A stretch of DNA of 64,000 nucleotides from an uncultured bacterium. GTDB lineage: Bacteria; Fidelibacterota; Marinisomatia; Marinisomatales; UBA1611. Under the pieces are notes generated by a model. That model saw only the letters and a list, made by a program, of their open reading frames with translations. It made no database searches and was not told where the DNA came from. Position numbers and translations under genes: made by a program. Shown one piece after another: positions 1 through 9,368 of this stretch; position 1 is the first letter of the stretch; the number at the start of each line of letters is the position of its first letter. Location of the stretch: the NCBI GenBank assembly GCA_964525185.1, contig CAZGFQ010000004.1:26890-90889 (forward strand), written 5' to 3'.

Positions 1-466
1 CACTCATTGCTTCCGCAACAATATCAAATGCTGGTCGATTAGAGTCGGGTCCTTCATATCCTTCCATACGACCAAACCCAGAAATGGCTGCATAAATTAA
101 TTTTGGATTAATCTCTTTTAAATCATTATAGCCAATACCCATTTTATCTGTAGAGCCGGGACGGAGATTTTCAACCACCACATCAGCGGTTTTAATTAAT
201 TCTTTATAAATCTTTTTCCCGTCATCCGTTCGCATATTCAGGGCAAAACTTTTTTTATTTCTATTATAAGCCATAAAACCGCCGGCTTTTTTTTCTTCAT
301 TTTCTCCTTCAGCAAACGGAGGAATAGATCGTCGAGGATCGCCCGTTCCAGGACGTTCAATTTTGATGACTTCTGCACCCGCATCTGCAAGTAACATTGA
401 ACAATAAGGAGCAGCCATATATTGCTCCAAAGCAATGACGCGGATTCCTGTTAATGGTCTATTCAT
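1..466 (-). CDS. Family III CoA-transferase (CaiB/BaiF type), N-terminal part; 3' end runs off the window
   Basis: Absent from the ORF track because it is open at the window edge. Minus-strand translation from the ATG at 466-464 gives MNRPLTGIRVIALEQYMAAPYCSMLLADAGAEVIK..., a typical family III CoA-transferase N-terminus. The ATG abuts the thiolase stop (467-469). Confidence 0.75.
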   Translation of the reverse strand, partial: MNRPLTGIRVIALEQYMAAPYCSMLLADAGAEVIKIERPGTGDPRRSIPPFAEGENEEKKAGGFMAYNRNKKSFALNMRTDDGKKIYKELIKTADVVVENLRPGSTDKMGIGYNDLKEINPKLIYAAISGFGRMEGYEGPDSNRPAFDIVAEAMS

Positions 467-1693
467 TTATATTCTTTCCACTAATGTAGATACACCTTGT
501 CCAACACCAACACATAAGGTAGCTAACCCATATTTAGATTTTTGGCGATTCATTTCATGAACAAGTGTTGTTAAAATTCGTGCTCCGGAGCACCCTAATG
601 GATGGCCTAAGGCAATGGCACCACCATTTACATTTACTTTACGTGGGTCAAGATTTAACTTTTTTATTACTCCAATAGCTTGTGCAGCAAATGCTTCATT
701 TAATTCTATCAAATCGATTTTTTCTAATGGTATATTAAACCTTGATAATAATTTTTTAGTAGAAGGTACAGGTCCATATCCCATAACGCCTGGATCAACA
801 CCCGCAATAGATGAGCCAATCCACCGAGCTAATGGTTTCAGCCCTAATTCATCCGCTTTTTCACGGCTCATGAGTAATACAGCCGCAGCACCATCATTAA
901 TACCGCTAGAATTTCCAGCTGTAACAGTTCCATTCTTTCTAAAAACAGGTTTAAGAGATAATAACTTTTCTAATGTTAAATTTATATTATACTGGCCATT
1001 TTCCTTAACATATCTTGGATGTTCATCCATATCTACCAAAATAGGATCACCCTTTCTTTGATGAATGGGTATGGGCCAAATTTCATTTTTAAATTTTCCA
1101 TCATTGATTGCGTTGATCGCTTTTTGTTGACTCTCAATTGAAAATCGATCTTGTTCTTCTCGAGAAATGTTACACTCTTCTGCAATATTTTCTGCAGTTT
1201 CTCCAAGACTAACAATAGGATACATTTTATCCATTTTAGGATTTTCAAAGCGCCAACCAACTGTTGAATCAAATACAGTTCTATGCCCTAATTTTCCAAC
1301 CGTAGATGGACGCGGCATCACCAATGGTGCACGACTCATACTTTCAACGCCACTTCCAATAAATATATCACCCTCACCGGCTATAATTGCTTTTGCCGCT
1401 TGATTAACAGCTTCTAAACCCGATGAACAATTTCGATTCACTGTAACACCGCCCACTTCTAATGGAAAGCCTGCCAATAAAACAGCCATACGCGCAACAT
1501 CGCGATTATCTTCTCCTGATTGGTTGCCACATCCTGCATAAACATCTTCTATTGTGGAGGGATCAATCCCTGTCCGCTCAATGAGTCCTTTTAAAACTTC
1601 AGCTAATAAATCATCAGGGCGAATCGATGATAACGCTCCACCTACACGCCCAATGGGAGATCTCACTGCATCAATAATGACTACTTCTTTCAT
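467..1693 (-). CDS. Acetyl-CoA C-acetyltransferase (thiolase)
   Basis: 408-aa ORF with thiolase hallmarks: [12 protein letters not shown] (acyl-enzyme Cys), [13 protein letters not shown], and C-terminal [18 protein letters not shown]. Confidence 0.95.
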   Translation of the reverse strand: MKEVVIIDAVRSPIGRVGGALSSIRPDDLLAEVLKGLIERTGIDPSTIEDVYAGCGNQSGEDNRDVARMAVLLAGFPLEVGGVTVNRNCSSGLEAVNQAAKAIIAGEGDIFIGSGVESMSRAPLVMPRPSTVGKLGHRTVFDSTVGWRFENPKMDKMYPIVSLGETAENIAEECNISREEQDRFSIESQQKAINAINDGKFKNEIWPIPIHQRKGDPILVDMDEHPRYVKENGQYNINLTLEKLLSLKPVFRKNGTVTAGNSSGINDGAAAVLLMSREKADELGLKPLARWIGSSIAGVDPGVMGYGPVPSTKKLLSRFNIPLEKIDLIELNEAFAAQAIGVIKKLNLDPRKVNVNGGAIALGHPLGCSGARILTTLVHEMNRQKSKYGLATLCVGVGQGVSTLVERI

Positions 1694-1696
1694 TCT

Positions 1697-2974
1697 TTAC
1701 TCATTTAATAGAGCCATAAATTGGCTCATTTTTTCTAAAAATAGATCAGTCCTTGGATGATGGTTCTCAAGGAAATTATCAAAATCATTTGAATAAGCAT
1801 CTACTATATTTTGAGCTTGTTCATCTGTTTCCATATCTAAGAAACTGGTAGATAATCTTAAGCAGAAATTTTCTGGATCACTCCCAAAAGCACTACCAGG
1901 CAATGTTGCAATTCCAAATTCGTCCAATAAATATTCAGATAAATCTTGGCATGAAAGAATATTCATTCTTTCTAATTTATTTTTCCATTTTTTAAACGAT
2001 GGATAAAGGTAAAATCCACCTGAAGGTGATGGACTATCCAGGCCAATTTCTATTAGTTTTCGGTGAACATAGTTGGTCCTTATTTCGTGAATATGAGTAC
2101 ACAATTGTATATAATGTTCAATATCTTTGTTTCCGCTATAAGCCAAAATAGCAGTATACTGAATTGGACCGGGGACACAAGACCAAATACTGCCAGATAT
2201 GGATTGGAATGAATTAATCAATGATGTGCCTATTTCATTATTGGGAAGAATGGCCATTCCAAATCGCCAACCGCCCAGAGATAAATGTTTACTAAGTCCT
2301 CCAAAAATAATTGTTTTTTTAGGATAATATTTTGCAATAGAATGATGGCAAAAACCATCGTGTGTTACTAAGCTATAGATTTCATCGCTCAGAATAAAAA
2401 TATCCTTATCCCGAGCCCAATTAGCTACAGATTCCATTTCTTGCTCTGATGAAACATTGCCCACAGGATTACTAGGTGAATTTAGAACCAACATTGTTGG
2501 ATTTCCGCCATTTGATATAAAATCTTGATATGCTTTATCTAGGGCCTGAATATTCATAGAATAATCATTTTCATCATCTAACGAAAAGCGTTGAACTTTT
2601 TTCCCTGTTAATCGAGCGATAGAACTATAAGAAACCCAAGATGGTTTAGGTAAAAGTAAATCACCTTCGATGGATTGAATCATAGCGTAAAGTAATGATT
2701 TACTTCCAACTCCAACGATAATTTGTTTATCAATAAAATGTATTCCCAATTTATCAGAATAATATTTAGCAATAGTATCTCTTAATTCTGGAACACCTAA
2801 AGATGGAAGATAGCTTCTTTGAGATGCATTTTCTTGAAACATTTGCGCCAAAGCTGAATGAACAGGAAATCGTGATTCTCCAAACCCTAAATGGAGGACA
2901 TCTTTTCCATTAGCCCACATGGCATTTACTTTTTCATTCATCACAAGTGTTGGTGATGCTTTCGGTGATTTCAT
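1697..2974 (-). CDS. Class I/II (fold-type I) PLP-dependent aminotransferase
   Basis: Track ORF 1697..3118 trimmed to the Met at 2974 (MKSPKASPTL...). Motifs LGFGESRFP and NSPSNPVG, and PLP-lysine context GGLSKHLSLGGWRFG. Confidence 0.85.
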   Translation of the reverse strand: MKSPKASPTLVMNEKVNAMWANGKDVLHLGFGESRFPVHSALAQMFQENASQRSYLPSLGVPELRDTIAKYYSDKLGIHFIDKQIIVGVGSKSLLYAMIQSIEGDLLLPKPSWVSYSSIARLTGKKVQRFSLDDENDYSMNIQALDKAYQDFISNGGNPTMLVLNSPSNPVGNVSSEQEMESVANWARDKDIFILSDEIYSLVTHDGFCHHSIAKYYPKKTIIFGGLSKHLSLGGWRFGMAILPNNEIGTSLINSFQSISGSIWSCVPGPIQYTAILAYSGNKDIEHYIQLCTHIHEIRTNYVHRKLIEIGLDSPSPSGGFYLYPSFKKWKNKLERMNILSCQDLSEYLLDEFGIATLPGSAFGSDPENFCLRLSTSFLDMETDEQAQNIVDAYSNDFDNFLENHHPRTDLFLEKMSQFMALLNE

Positions 2975-3120
2975 AATAATCCCTTTTGACCCTAAAAATG
3001 GAATGGGGAATTTAGAGGTGTGGGTAAAAGAGAAGTAGGAAAAATAATAACTAATGAATTCAATTGTTTTAATTACACCATCACTATATTGAATGAATGT
3101 TTGTAACTTGTAAAACAAAT

Positions 3121-4497
3121 ATGCTAAAAGTAATAAAAATATTCATTATTTATTTTGTTGGAATATCATCACTTTATCCATGTACAACAATTTTAGTGGG
3201 GAAAGGATTAAGTAAAGATGGATCTATTCTTCACGCTCATAATGAAGATATGGGACAAAATACAGTTGGTAGATTATGGAGGTCTACAAGCCAAACGAGT
3301 ACAGATAGTGATTCAATCTGGGTACCTTATGTTTCATTAAAAGAGCCCAAACGAAAATTAGGCTATTGGGCTTCTGGGAATACACGAGCCATTCAATCAG
3401 CGGAGTTAAATAATACAACTCTTCCTTATGATAATATCCTTGTGGGGATGAATGAAGCAGGTTTAACCATGAGTTGCAATTGGATGAATTCTAACGAATT
3501 GCCTATTGAAGGAAGGGGAATTAGGCGATATGCCATTCGGCAACTTATTCTAGAAAGGTGCTCTACATCTTATGAAGCTGTTTTACTTATTGGATCATTA
3601 ATTGATCAATTTGGCCAAGCCGATTGGGGAGGACTTACCTATGTATTGGCAGATCCTAGTGAAGGATGGATAGTAGAAACAACAACTCATACATGGGTTG
3701 CAAAAAAGTTAAAAGATAATGAAATCGTTGCTATTGCAAATAGATTCACCATTGGGGAAAATTATGACATTTCGAGTGAAAATTTAATTTCATATGCCAT
3801 AGATAACGGGTGGTATAACCCAGAACAGGGTCCCTTTAATTTTAAATTAGCTTTTGGAAATCCGGAGTATATGAATGATGAGTATGACAGTGATAGAGAG
3901 ATGCGCGTTGTTGAATTATTAAGTCCTAAAAAAGGAACAATAATACCAAAAGATTTAATGGAAGTTTTAAATGACAGGTACAATGATTCAGAACAATATT
4001 ATTCCCCGGTAGAATATGAACCTTGGAGAGATATATGTAAAGAAAAAAGTGCAAAAAGATCGATTTGTACCAACTTATGTCAATCATCTTTTGTTGCTCA
4101 TTTACGTCCAGATTTTCCTATAGAAATGGGCTCTGTTTTTTGGTTTACATTTGCAACACCTGCTTATGGACCCTATTTCCCAATCTATCCAGTGGGTACA
4201 AAAATTGATAATAGATATTCTAAAGATGATCCAAAAGATATGTATTCAACTGCATGGTGGCATTTTAGACACGTTCAACAAAAGATAGATCCTATGGGTC
4301 GAATAATGATGGATCAAATTCATAATCAATCCCAGTCTGAAACAAATAAGATACTTATGGATCAACATAAATGGGAAAAACAAATGCTAGATCATTTAAA
4401 GAAGAAAAATATTAATCAAGCTATTTCTATTGCAAATCGATATACAAATTTGTCGGCACGATTATCACTCAATTTTGTTAAACGCCAATTAAAATAA
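3121..4497 (+). CDS. C69-family dipeptidase, secreted, with N-terminal nucleophile Cys
   Basis: Hydrophobic signal, then ..SSLYPC-TTILVGKGLSKDGSILHAHNEDMG, the Cys-first mature N-terminus layout of peptidase family C69. Start set at ATG 3121 inside track ORF 3097..4497. Confidence 0.8.
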   Translation: MLKVIKIFIIYFVGISSLYPCTTILVGKGLSKDGSILHAHNEDMGQNTVGRLWRSTSQTSTDSDSIWVPYVSLKEPKRKLGYWASGNTRAIQSAELNNTTLPYDNILVGMNEAGLTMSCNWMNSNELPIEGRGIRRYAIRQLILERCSTSYEAVLLIGSLIDQFGQADWGGLTYVLADPSEGWIVETTTHTWVAKKLKDNEIVAIANRFTIGENYDISSENLISYAIDNGWYNPEQGPFNFKLAFGNPEYMNDEYDSDREMRVVELLSPKKGTIIPKDLMEVLNDRYNDSEQYYSPVEYEPWRDICKEKSAKRSICTNLCQSSFVAHLRPDFPIEMGSVFWFTFATPAYGPYFPIYPVGTKIDNRYSKDDPKDMYSTAWWHFRHVQQKIDPMGRIMMDQIHNQSQSETNKILMDQHKWEKQMLDHLKKKNINQAISIANRYTNLSARLSLNFVKRQLK

Positions 4498-4522
4498 ATT
4501 ATTGTTAAAATTTCAATATAAT

Positions 4523-4554
4523 AAAAAAGCCCCGACAATGTCGGGGCTTTTTTA
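4523..4554. terminator. Bidirectional rho-independent terminator between convergent genes
   Basis: 8-bp GC-rich stem gccccgac/gtcggggc (4529-4536 / 4540-4547) with a 3-nt loop. An A-run lies on the 5' side and a T-run on the 3' side. Confidence 0.85.
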
Positions 4555-4573
4555 TTATCATTTAAGAAATGAA

Positions 4574-7456
4574 TTAGAAATTGTAAGACAATTTCATGTA
4601 GTCATAACGACCATTCATACCGTATGGAGCAAAGTTTGGATAAACAAAGGCACCATCATTATTGGAACCAGTCCATTTATCAGGCATTTGGTCTGTAAAG
4701 TTTTTAGACCCAATACCAACTGATACAGCACCAAAGTTATAACTTCCTTCTAAATCAATAATAGTTTTAGCAGAAAAAATTAACCCTTCAGTTCTACGGC
4801 TTTCAAATTCACCCACTTTATTAAAGCGGAAAGAACCTGCCCAGTTTCCATTAGAATATTTGGTTGAAAAAACCATATTATCTGCTGGAGTTACTGTTGT
4901 CATAGTACGTACTTCGTTATCGTCAAAGATATTTCCACCATAAGCGGAAAGTTCTTCTGGTGTTTTAATTTCACCAACGATTTCAGTTGCATTATTATTG
5001 TAAGCAAGTGTGAAATCCAATGCACCCATGGAACCTAAATCCATGTTGTATGCAGCGGATACATCAAAACCAGACGTTTTTGTATCAACAGCATTTGCAA
5101 AGAAACGTCCGCCACCACCATAATCGGCACCTTCGATGCCAGCAGCAACTAATAGATCATAAACATGTGCTCCTAATGATCCTTCATCATCATTATGAGA
5201 TGTCACTACACCATTTTCTTGTGTACCACCGCTTGTTTTGAAGTTACCTGTCATAACAACACGATCTTCAATATTCACACTATAATAATCAAATGTGAGA
5301 CGAATACCGGCTACATCAGCAGATAAACCACCACTCATATTTGTGGATAGTTCAGGTTTAAGTGTTGTTGCACCTAATGCTTGAGCAACAGGATGATCTA
5401 CAGGAAATGTTCCAACTTCAAATGCCACACCATCAATAAAGTTAGTGGAGATTTTAGATTGGAAAGCTTGCGCTAAAGCTGGAGCTCTAAAGCCTGTGCT
5501 ATACGCACCGCGAAGGACAATGCCTTCCATGACTTCATAACGTAATGAAGCTTTGTAGCTAAAGTTGCTGCCAAAGTCACTGTAGTCTTCGAAACGACCT
5601 GCAAAACCAACGCGCATGCCATCCATTACTTCCATTTCAGCATCTGCATAAGCAGCATAACTGGAACGATCAGCATTGGCTGTAGCCGCAGCATTAGACG
5701 GTTTAAAGCCACCAAAACATTGGCAACCTGATGAACCACCGCTAGAATTCAATCCAACATATTGGGTCACACCAGCTGAGTCAACGTAAGATGAATCCCA
5801 ACCAGCAACAGATGTATCATCATAATGCCCATTAGCATAGGAAGCATATTCACCTGGGTAAATGCGGTAAGATTCACTTCTAAGTTCACCACCAACAGCC
5901 ACATTGATTCCACCCATTTCTGTGGTTAAATCAAGGTTTGTTGTATTTTGATCAAATGTGAATCCACCTATATCATAAGTCCGAATTTGTTCTGGACCGA
6001 ATGAAGCATTTGTGGAGAACATTTTGTAATGGAAATCATTATTTCCGGAAGTATTACTTAAGTCGTAAGACCATGTTCCGAAAACACCTTTAATACCCAT
6101 GGATGTTGAAAAATCATAAATCGTAGGAGTAATATGAGGTACATATCCAGTCGGATTTGCACTTAACCATGTTTTATGAGGATGGTCTGGACCACGCGTA
6201 TAACAGCCAGCATCACTATTTCGTTGTGAATATCCACCAAATGCATAGAATGTGCGATCCCCAGCAGGTAACTCAGTATTAAAGAAAATACCATAGTTAT
6301 CTTGCTGACCGTCACCCCAAATCATACGTTGTGGGTCGATATACCAGTCACTACCTGGGTTTAAGCGATTTTCTTCAGCTTCATTGTCTGACCAATAATC
6401 TGAATTAGGTTCATATAAAGTTTCACCTTCAAATCCAATACGGTTTGTGCGACCACGATGACGGTATTCTGCAGATACATTAAAGTACCCATCATCACCA
6501 AGAGCAAAACCTTTGTTGTATTGAACTTGCATCACATCACCATCATTTTTAACAGCATCTTCACTAGACTGAACAATACCATTTTTATCAGCAATTGTTG
6601 TAGGATTCCATTCGTATGGAGCACCATTTGCCTCCCAATCATAAAGGTCATAACCGGTAGGAACAGCTTCAACAGTGTGATTTGATGCACCTGTTGTTAC
6701 ATTGAAACTTCCAGCAGAATCACCAGACTTAAGAACAATGTTTATAACACCGGCAATTGCATCAGATCCATATTGTGCAGCAGCACCATCACGAAGAACT
6801 TCAATTCTTTCAATGGATGCAGCAGGGATAGCATTAATATCAACACCTGTATCACCGCGGCTTGGGCTGTTGTTCACATGAACTAAAGCAGTTGTATGAC
6901 GACGTTTTCCATTCACCAAAACCAATACCTGTCCAGATGAAAGACCGCGAAGCGTCATTGGGCGAACTGCATCAGAACCATCAGCAATCGTTGTACGCGG
7001 CATACTGAATGATGGCGCTAAAGACTGAAGAATTTGAGCTGTTTCACTAAAACCTGCACGACGGATTTCTTGAGCTGTGAACACATCAACAGGTACTGCT
7101 TGATCTTGAGCAGCATGGGCGAAGCGAGATCCAATAACAGAAACCGCAGCACCAGCTAATGCAGAAGCATCAAGAGCGAAGTTGAGTGTTGCACCACCTG
7201 AACCGACTGTTGCAGATAATGTTTTTGAATGATAACCAATAAAAGATGCTTTAACGCTATATGATCCTGCAGCTACTCCACTTACGGAATAGGCACCAGA
7301 TGCATCAGCAGCAGCTCCTTGGCCTGTCCCTACTACCTCGACGTTTGCGCCAGCCAATGGGTTTCCATTACCGTCTGTAATGGTCCCTGAAATGGACTGT
7401 GCAAATAGCGGTAGAGACAATGTAATGAATAATAAAACTCCTGTGAGTTTCTTCAT
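4574..7456 (-). CDS. TonB-dependent outer-membrane receptor with N-terminal CarboxypepD_reg-like domain
   Basis: 960 aa. Signal peptide, ISGTITDGNGNPLAGANVEVVGT (carboxypeptidase regulatory-like), plug motif IEVLRDGAAAQYGSDAIAGVINIV, Gly/Ser/Tyr-rich barrel, C-terminal ..LSYNF. Strong SD (aaggagg) before the ATG. Confidence 0.9.
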   Translation of the reverse strand: MKKLTGVLLFITLSLPLFAQSISGTITDGNGNPLAGANVEVVGTGQGAAADASGAYSVSGVAAGSYSVKASFIGYHSKTLSATVGSGGATLNFALDASALAGAAVSVIGSRFAHAAQDQAVPVDVFTAQEIRRAGFSETAQILQSLAPSFSMPRTTIADGSDAVRPMTLRGLSSGQVLVLVNGKRRHTTALVHVNNSPSRGDTGVDINAIPAASIERIEVLRDGAAAQYGSDAIAGVINIVLKSGDSAGSFNVTTGASNHTVEAVPTGYDLYDWEANGAPYEWNPTTIADKNGIVQSSEDAVKNDGDVMQVQYNKGFALGDDGYFNVSAEYRHRGRTNRIGFEGETLYEPNSDYWSDNEAEENRLNPGSDWYIDPQRMIWGDGQQDNYGIFFNTELPAGDRTFYAFGGYSQRNSDAGCYTRGPDHPHKTWLSANPTGYVPHITPTIYDFSTSMGIKGVFGTWSYDLSNTSGNNDFHYKMFSTNASFGPEQIRTYDIGGFTFDQNTTNLDLTTEMGGINVAVGGELRSESYRIYPGEYASYANGHYDDTSVAGWDSSYVDSAGVTQYVGLNSSGGSSGCQCFGGFKPSNAAATANADRSSYAAYADAEMEVMDGMRVGFAGRFEDYSDFGSNFSYKASLRYEVMEGIVLRGAYSTGFRAPALAQAFQSKISTNFIDGVAFEVGTFPVDHPVAQALGATTLKPELSTNMSGGLSADVAGIRLTFDYYSVNIEDRVVMTGNFKTSGGTQENGVVTSHNDDEGSLGAHVYDLLVAAGIEGADYGGGGRFFANAVDTKTSGFDVSAAYNMDLGSMGALDFTLAYNNNATEIVGEIKTPEELSAYGGNIFDDNEVRTMTTVTPADNMVFSTKYSNGNWAGSFRFNKVGEFESRRTEGLIFSAKTIIDLEGSYNFGAVSVGIGSKNFTDQMPDKWTGSNNDGAFVYPNFAPYGMNGRYDYMKLSYNF

Positions 7457-7595
7457 TCGTACCTCCTTGTTTGCTTGTTTTAACTAAAAAGAGGGAGCGA
7501 ATGACACCTACTCCCCCCAAAAGATTCCCGCAATCTATACAACCCTATTCAATGAGAGCAAGCGATTTATAAATAAATAGAAAAATCCCGAAGTA

Positions 7596-8921
7596 TTAAT
7601 TCATTTTCCCTTGAATAAATGAAAGAATTTGGTCAGATGTAATTCGAGTTTGTTCTTGGGTATCACGGTCTCTTATTGTGACGGTATCATCTTCCATGGA
7701 CTGATGGTCCACTGTGATGCCAAATGGCGTTCCAGCTTCGTCCTGACGATAATAGCGTTTGCCGATTGAACCCTGCTGATCGTATAAAACTTTAAAATGT
7801 GGTTTTAATCCATCTACAATGACTCGTGCTTTTTCAGGCAAACCATCTTTTTTTACTAACGGACAAATGACAGCTTTAACGGGTGCAATCCTAGGGTGAA
7901 GTTTTAAAACAGTTCTATTATTTTCTGTATCTTCCCAAAATGCATCTGAAAGAACTGTTAATAGCATTCTATTAAGTCCAGCAGATGTTTCAATAATGTA
8001 GGGAAGAAAACGATTATTTTCTTGTTGATCAAAGTATTTCAGATTTTTCCCTGAGAAAGATTCATGTTGCGATAAATCAAAATCAGTTCGATTATGGATC
8101 CCTTCAATTTCTGACCAGCCGAATGGAAATTCATATTCAATATCCCAAGCTTCTTTTGCATAATGGGCTAATTCATTTTTGCCATGCTCATGAAATCGAA
8201 TTTTAGTCGCATCTACCCCAAGAAGGTCAGGGTAGAATCGGAATCTTTTTTCTTTCCATTCTTTCATAATTTCATCATCCGTCCCAGGTTTGACGAAATA
8301 TTGCATTTCCATTTGTTCAAATTCACGTGTACGGAAAATAAAATTTCGGGCTACAATTTCATTTCTAAATGCTTTACCAATTTGTGCAATACCAAATGGA
8401 ACCTTCATTCGCATGGCTCCTTGGACTAATTGATAGTTCACATAAATTCCTTGCGCCGTTTCAGGTCGAAGATATGTGATAGATCCAGAATCTTCAACAG
8501 GGCCAACATGTGTTTTAAACATCAAATTAAACTGTCGTGGATCAGTCATTTTTCCTGTTGTGCCACACTTAGGGCATTGGATAGTATCCCATTGAATGGA
8601 TTCGAAATCATCCCCAAACTCATCAGCACGGTAACGCGAATTACATTGTTTACAGTCCACTAATGGATCATGAAATGCATTTACATGCCCACTTGCTTCC
8701 CAAATGCGTGGGTGCATTAAAATACCACTATCCAATCCAACAATATTTTCATGAACTTGCGTCATTTCTTTCCACCATAGTTGGGAGATGTTATTTTTTA
8801 ATTCTATACCAAGTGGACCATAATCATACACGGCACCAAACCCACCATAAATGTCTGAACTTTGGAAAATAATGCCTCTGCGTTTACAAAGAGATACGAG
8901 TTTTTCTATTGTTTTGTCCAT
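7596..8921 (-). CDS. glyQS: Glycine--tRNA ligase (alpha2 type)
   Basis: 441 aa. GGFGAVYDYGPLG, YLRPETAQG, FRNEI and ETSAGLNRMLL are typical of the homodimeric class II GlyRS. Confidence 0.95.
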   Translation of the reverse strand: MDKTIEKLVSLCKRRGIIFQSSDIYGGFGAVYDYGPLGIELKNNISQLWWKEMTQVHENIVGLDSGILMHPRIWEASGHVNAFHDPLVDCKQCNSRYRADEFGDDFESIQWDTIQCPKCGTTGKMTDPRQFNLMFKTHVGPVEDSGSITYLRPETAQGIYVNYQLVQGAMRMKVPFGIAQIGKAFRNEIVARNFIFRTREFEQMEMQYFVKPGTDDEIMKEWKEKRFRFYPDLLGVDATKIRFHEHGKNELAHYAKEAWDIEYEFPFGWSEIEGIHNRTDFDLSQHESFSGKNLKYFDQQENNRFLPYIIETSAGLNRMLLTVLSDAFWEDTENNRTVLKLHPRIAPVKAVICPLVKKDGLPEKARVIVDGLKPHFKVLYDQQGSIGKRYYRQDEAGTPFGITVDHQSMEDDTVTIRDRDTQEQTRITSDQILSFIQGKMN

Positions 8922-8943
8922 TTTGCTATTGTGTCTTCCTCAA

Positions 8944-9366
8944 TTATTTATCTAATGCTTTTAATTCTTTTTCAATTTCATCATCGAATGGAATATTATC
9001 TGATTCTAAATGAATACTATCTTCTTTTTGCGTTGTTGTTTTCAAATACAAAATAAGAAACCCAATAGACAATATGCCCGCTCCAATTGGAGCAATCCAA
9101 GCCATTATGTTAAAGCCTGTAGCAATGGGGATAGCTAAAATTCGTTCGCCATATAGCCCAACATAAAATTCTAAAATTTCATCTTTAGTTTTTCCTTGGG
9201 CAATAAATTTTGAAATCTGATTTTCCATTTCAGGGTTATGATCTAGGTCAAATACGGTACCGGCCCAACAACAAGGAGAAATTAAACTTTTCTTTAATTC
9301 TGTGGCTAAATCATCTTTTGCATAAATGGAACTTAGAAGTAGAACAAATAGAATTATTTTTTTCAT
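8944..9366 (-). CDS. CcmH/NrfF-like cytochrome c maturation family protein (variant Cys motif)
   Basis: 140 aa. Signal peptide, then LISPCCWAGTVFDLDHNPEMENQISKFIAQGKTKDEILEFYVGLYGERILAIP followed by a TM helix. The layout resembles CcmH, but it has adjacent CC instead of CxxC. Confidence 0.45.
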   Translation of the reverse strand: MKKIILFVLLLSSIYAKDDLATELKKSLISPCCWAGTVFDLDHNPEMENQISKFIAQGKTKDEILEFYVGLYGERILAIPIATGFNIMAWIAPIGAGILSIGFLILYLKTTTQKEDSIHLESDNIPFDDEIEKELKALDK

Positions 9367-9368
9367 GG

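Noticed and set aside
615-1061. Antisense or alternative-frame track ORFs embedded in well-supported genes. Examples: 238..435, 615..1061, 1033..1272, 1167..1403, 5020..5241, 9898..10158, 11044..11310, 15685..15987, 19354..19821, 24301..24603, 24405..24659, 33301..33630, 40913..41155, 52088..52342, 59503..59757.
   Set aside because: Each lies inside a gene whose opposite or other frame has clear family motifs. Their translations are low-complexity or unrecognisable, as expected for shadow ORFs.
2975-3120. Long N-terminal extensions of track ORFs 1697..3118 and 3097..4497, which would overlap each other head-on.
   Set aside because: The extensions are hydrophobic or low-complexity and precede the conserved family N-termini. 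Internal Mets at 2974 and 3121 give standard-length proteins and a sensible divergent promoter region.
4502-4723. Track ORF 4502..4723 (+).
   Set aside because: It runs through the bidirectional terminator and is antisense to the C-terminus of the TonB receptor. It has no motifs.
7457-7595. Riboswitch (for example cobalamin) or other leader in the 139-nt region upstream of the large TonB receptor.
   Set aside because: The region is too short for a cobalamin aptamer. The only structure seen is a gggag..ctccc hairpin followed by Ts on the minus strand, more simply the glyQS terminator. No conserved riboswitch core was recognised.
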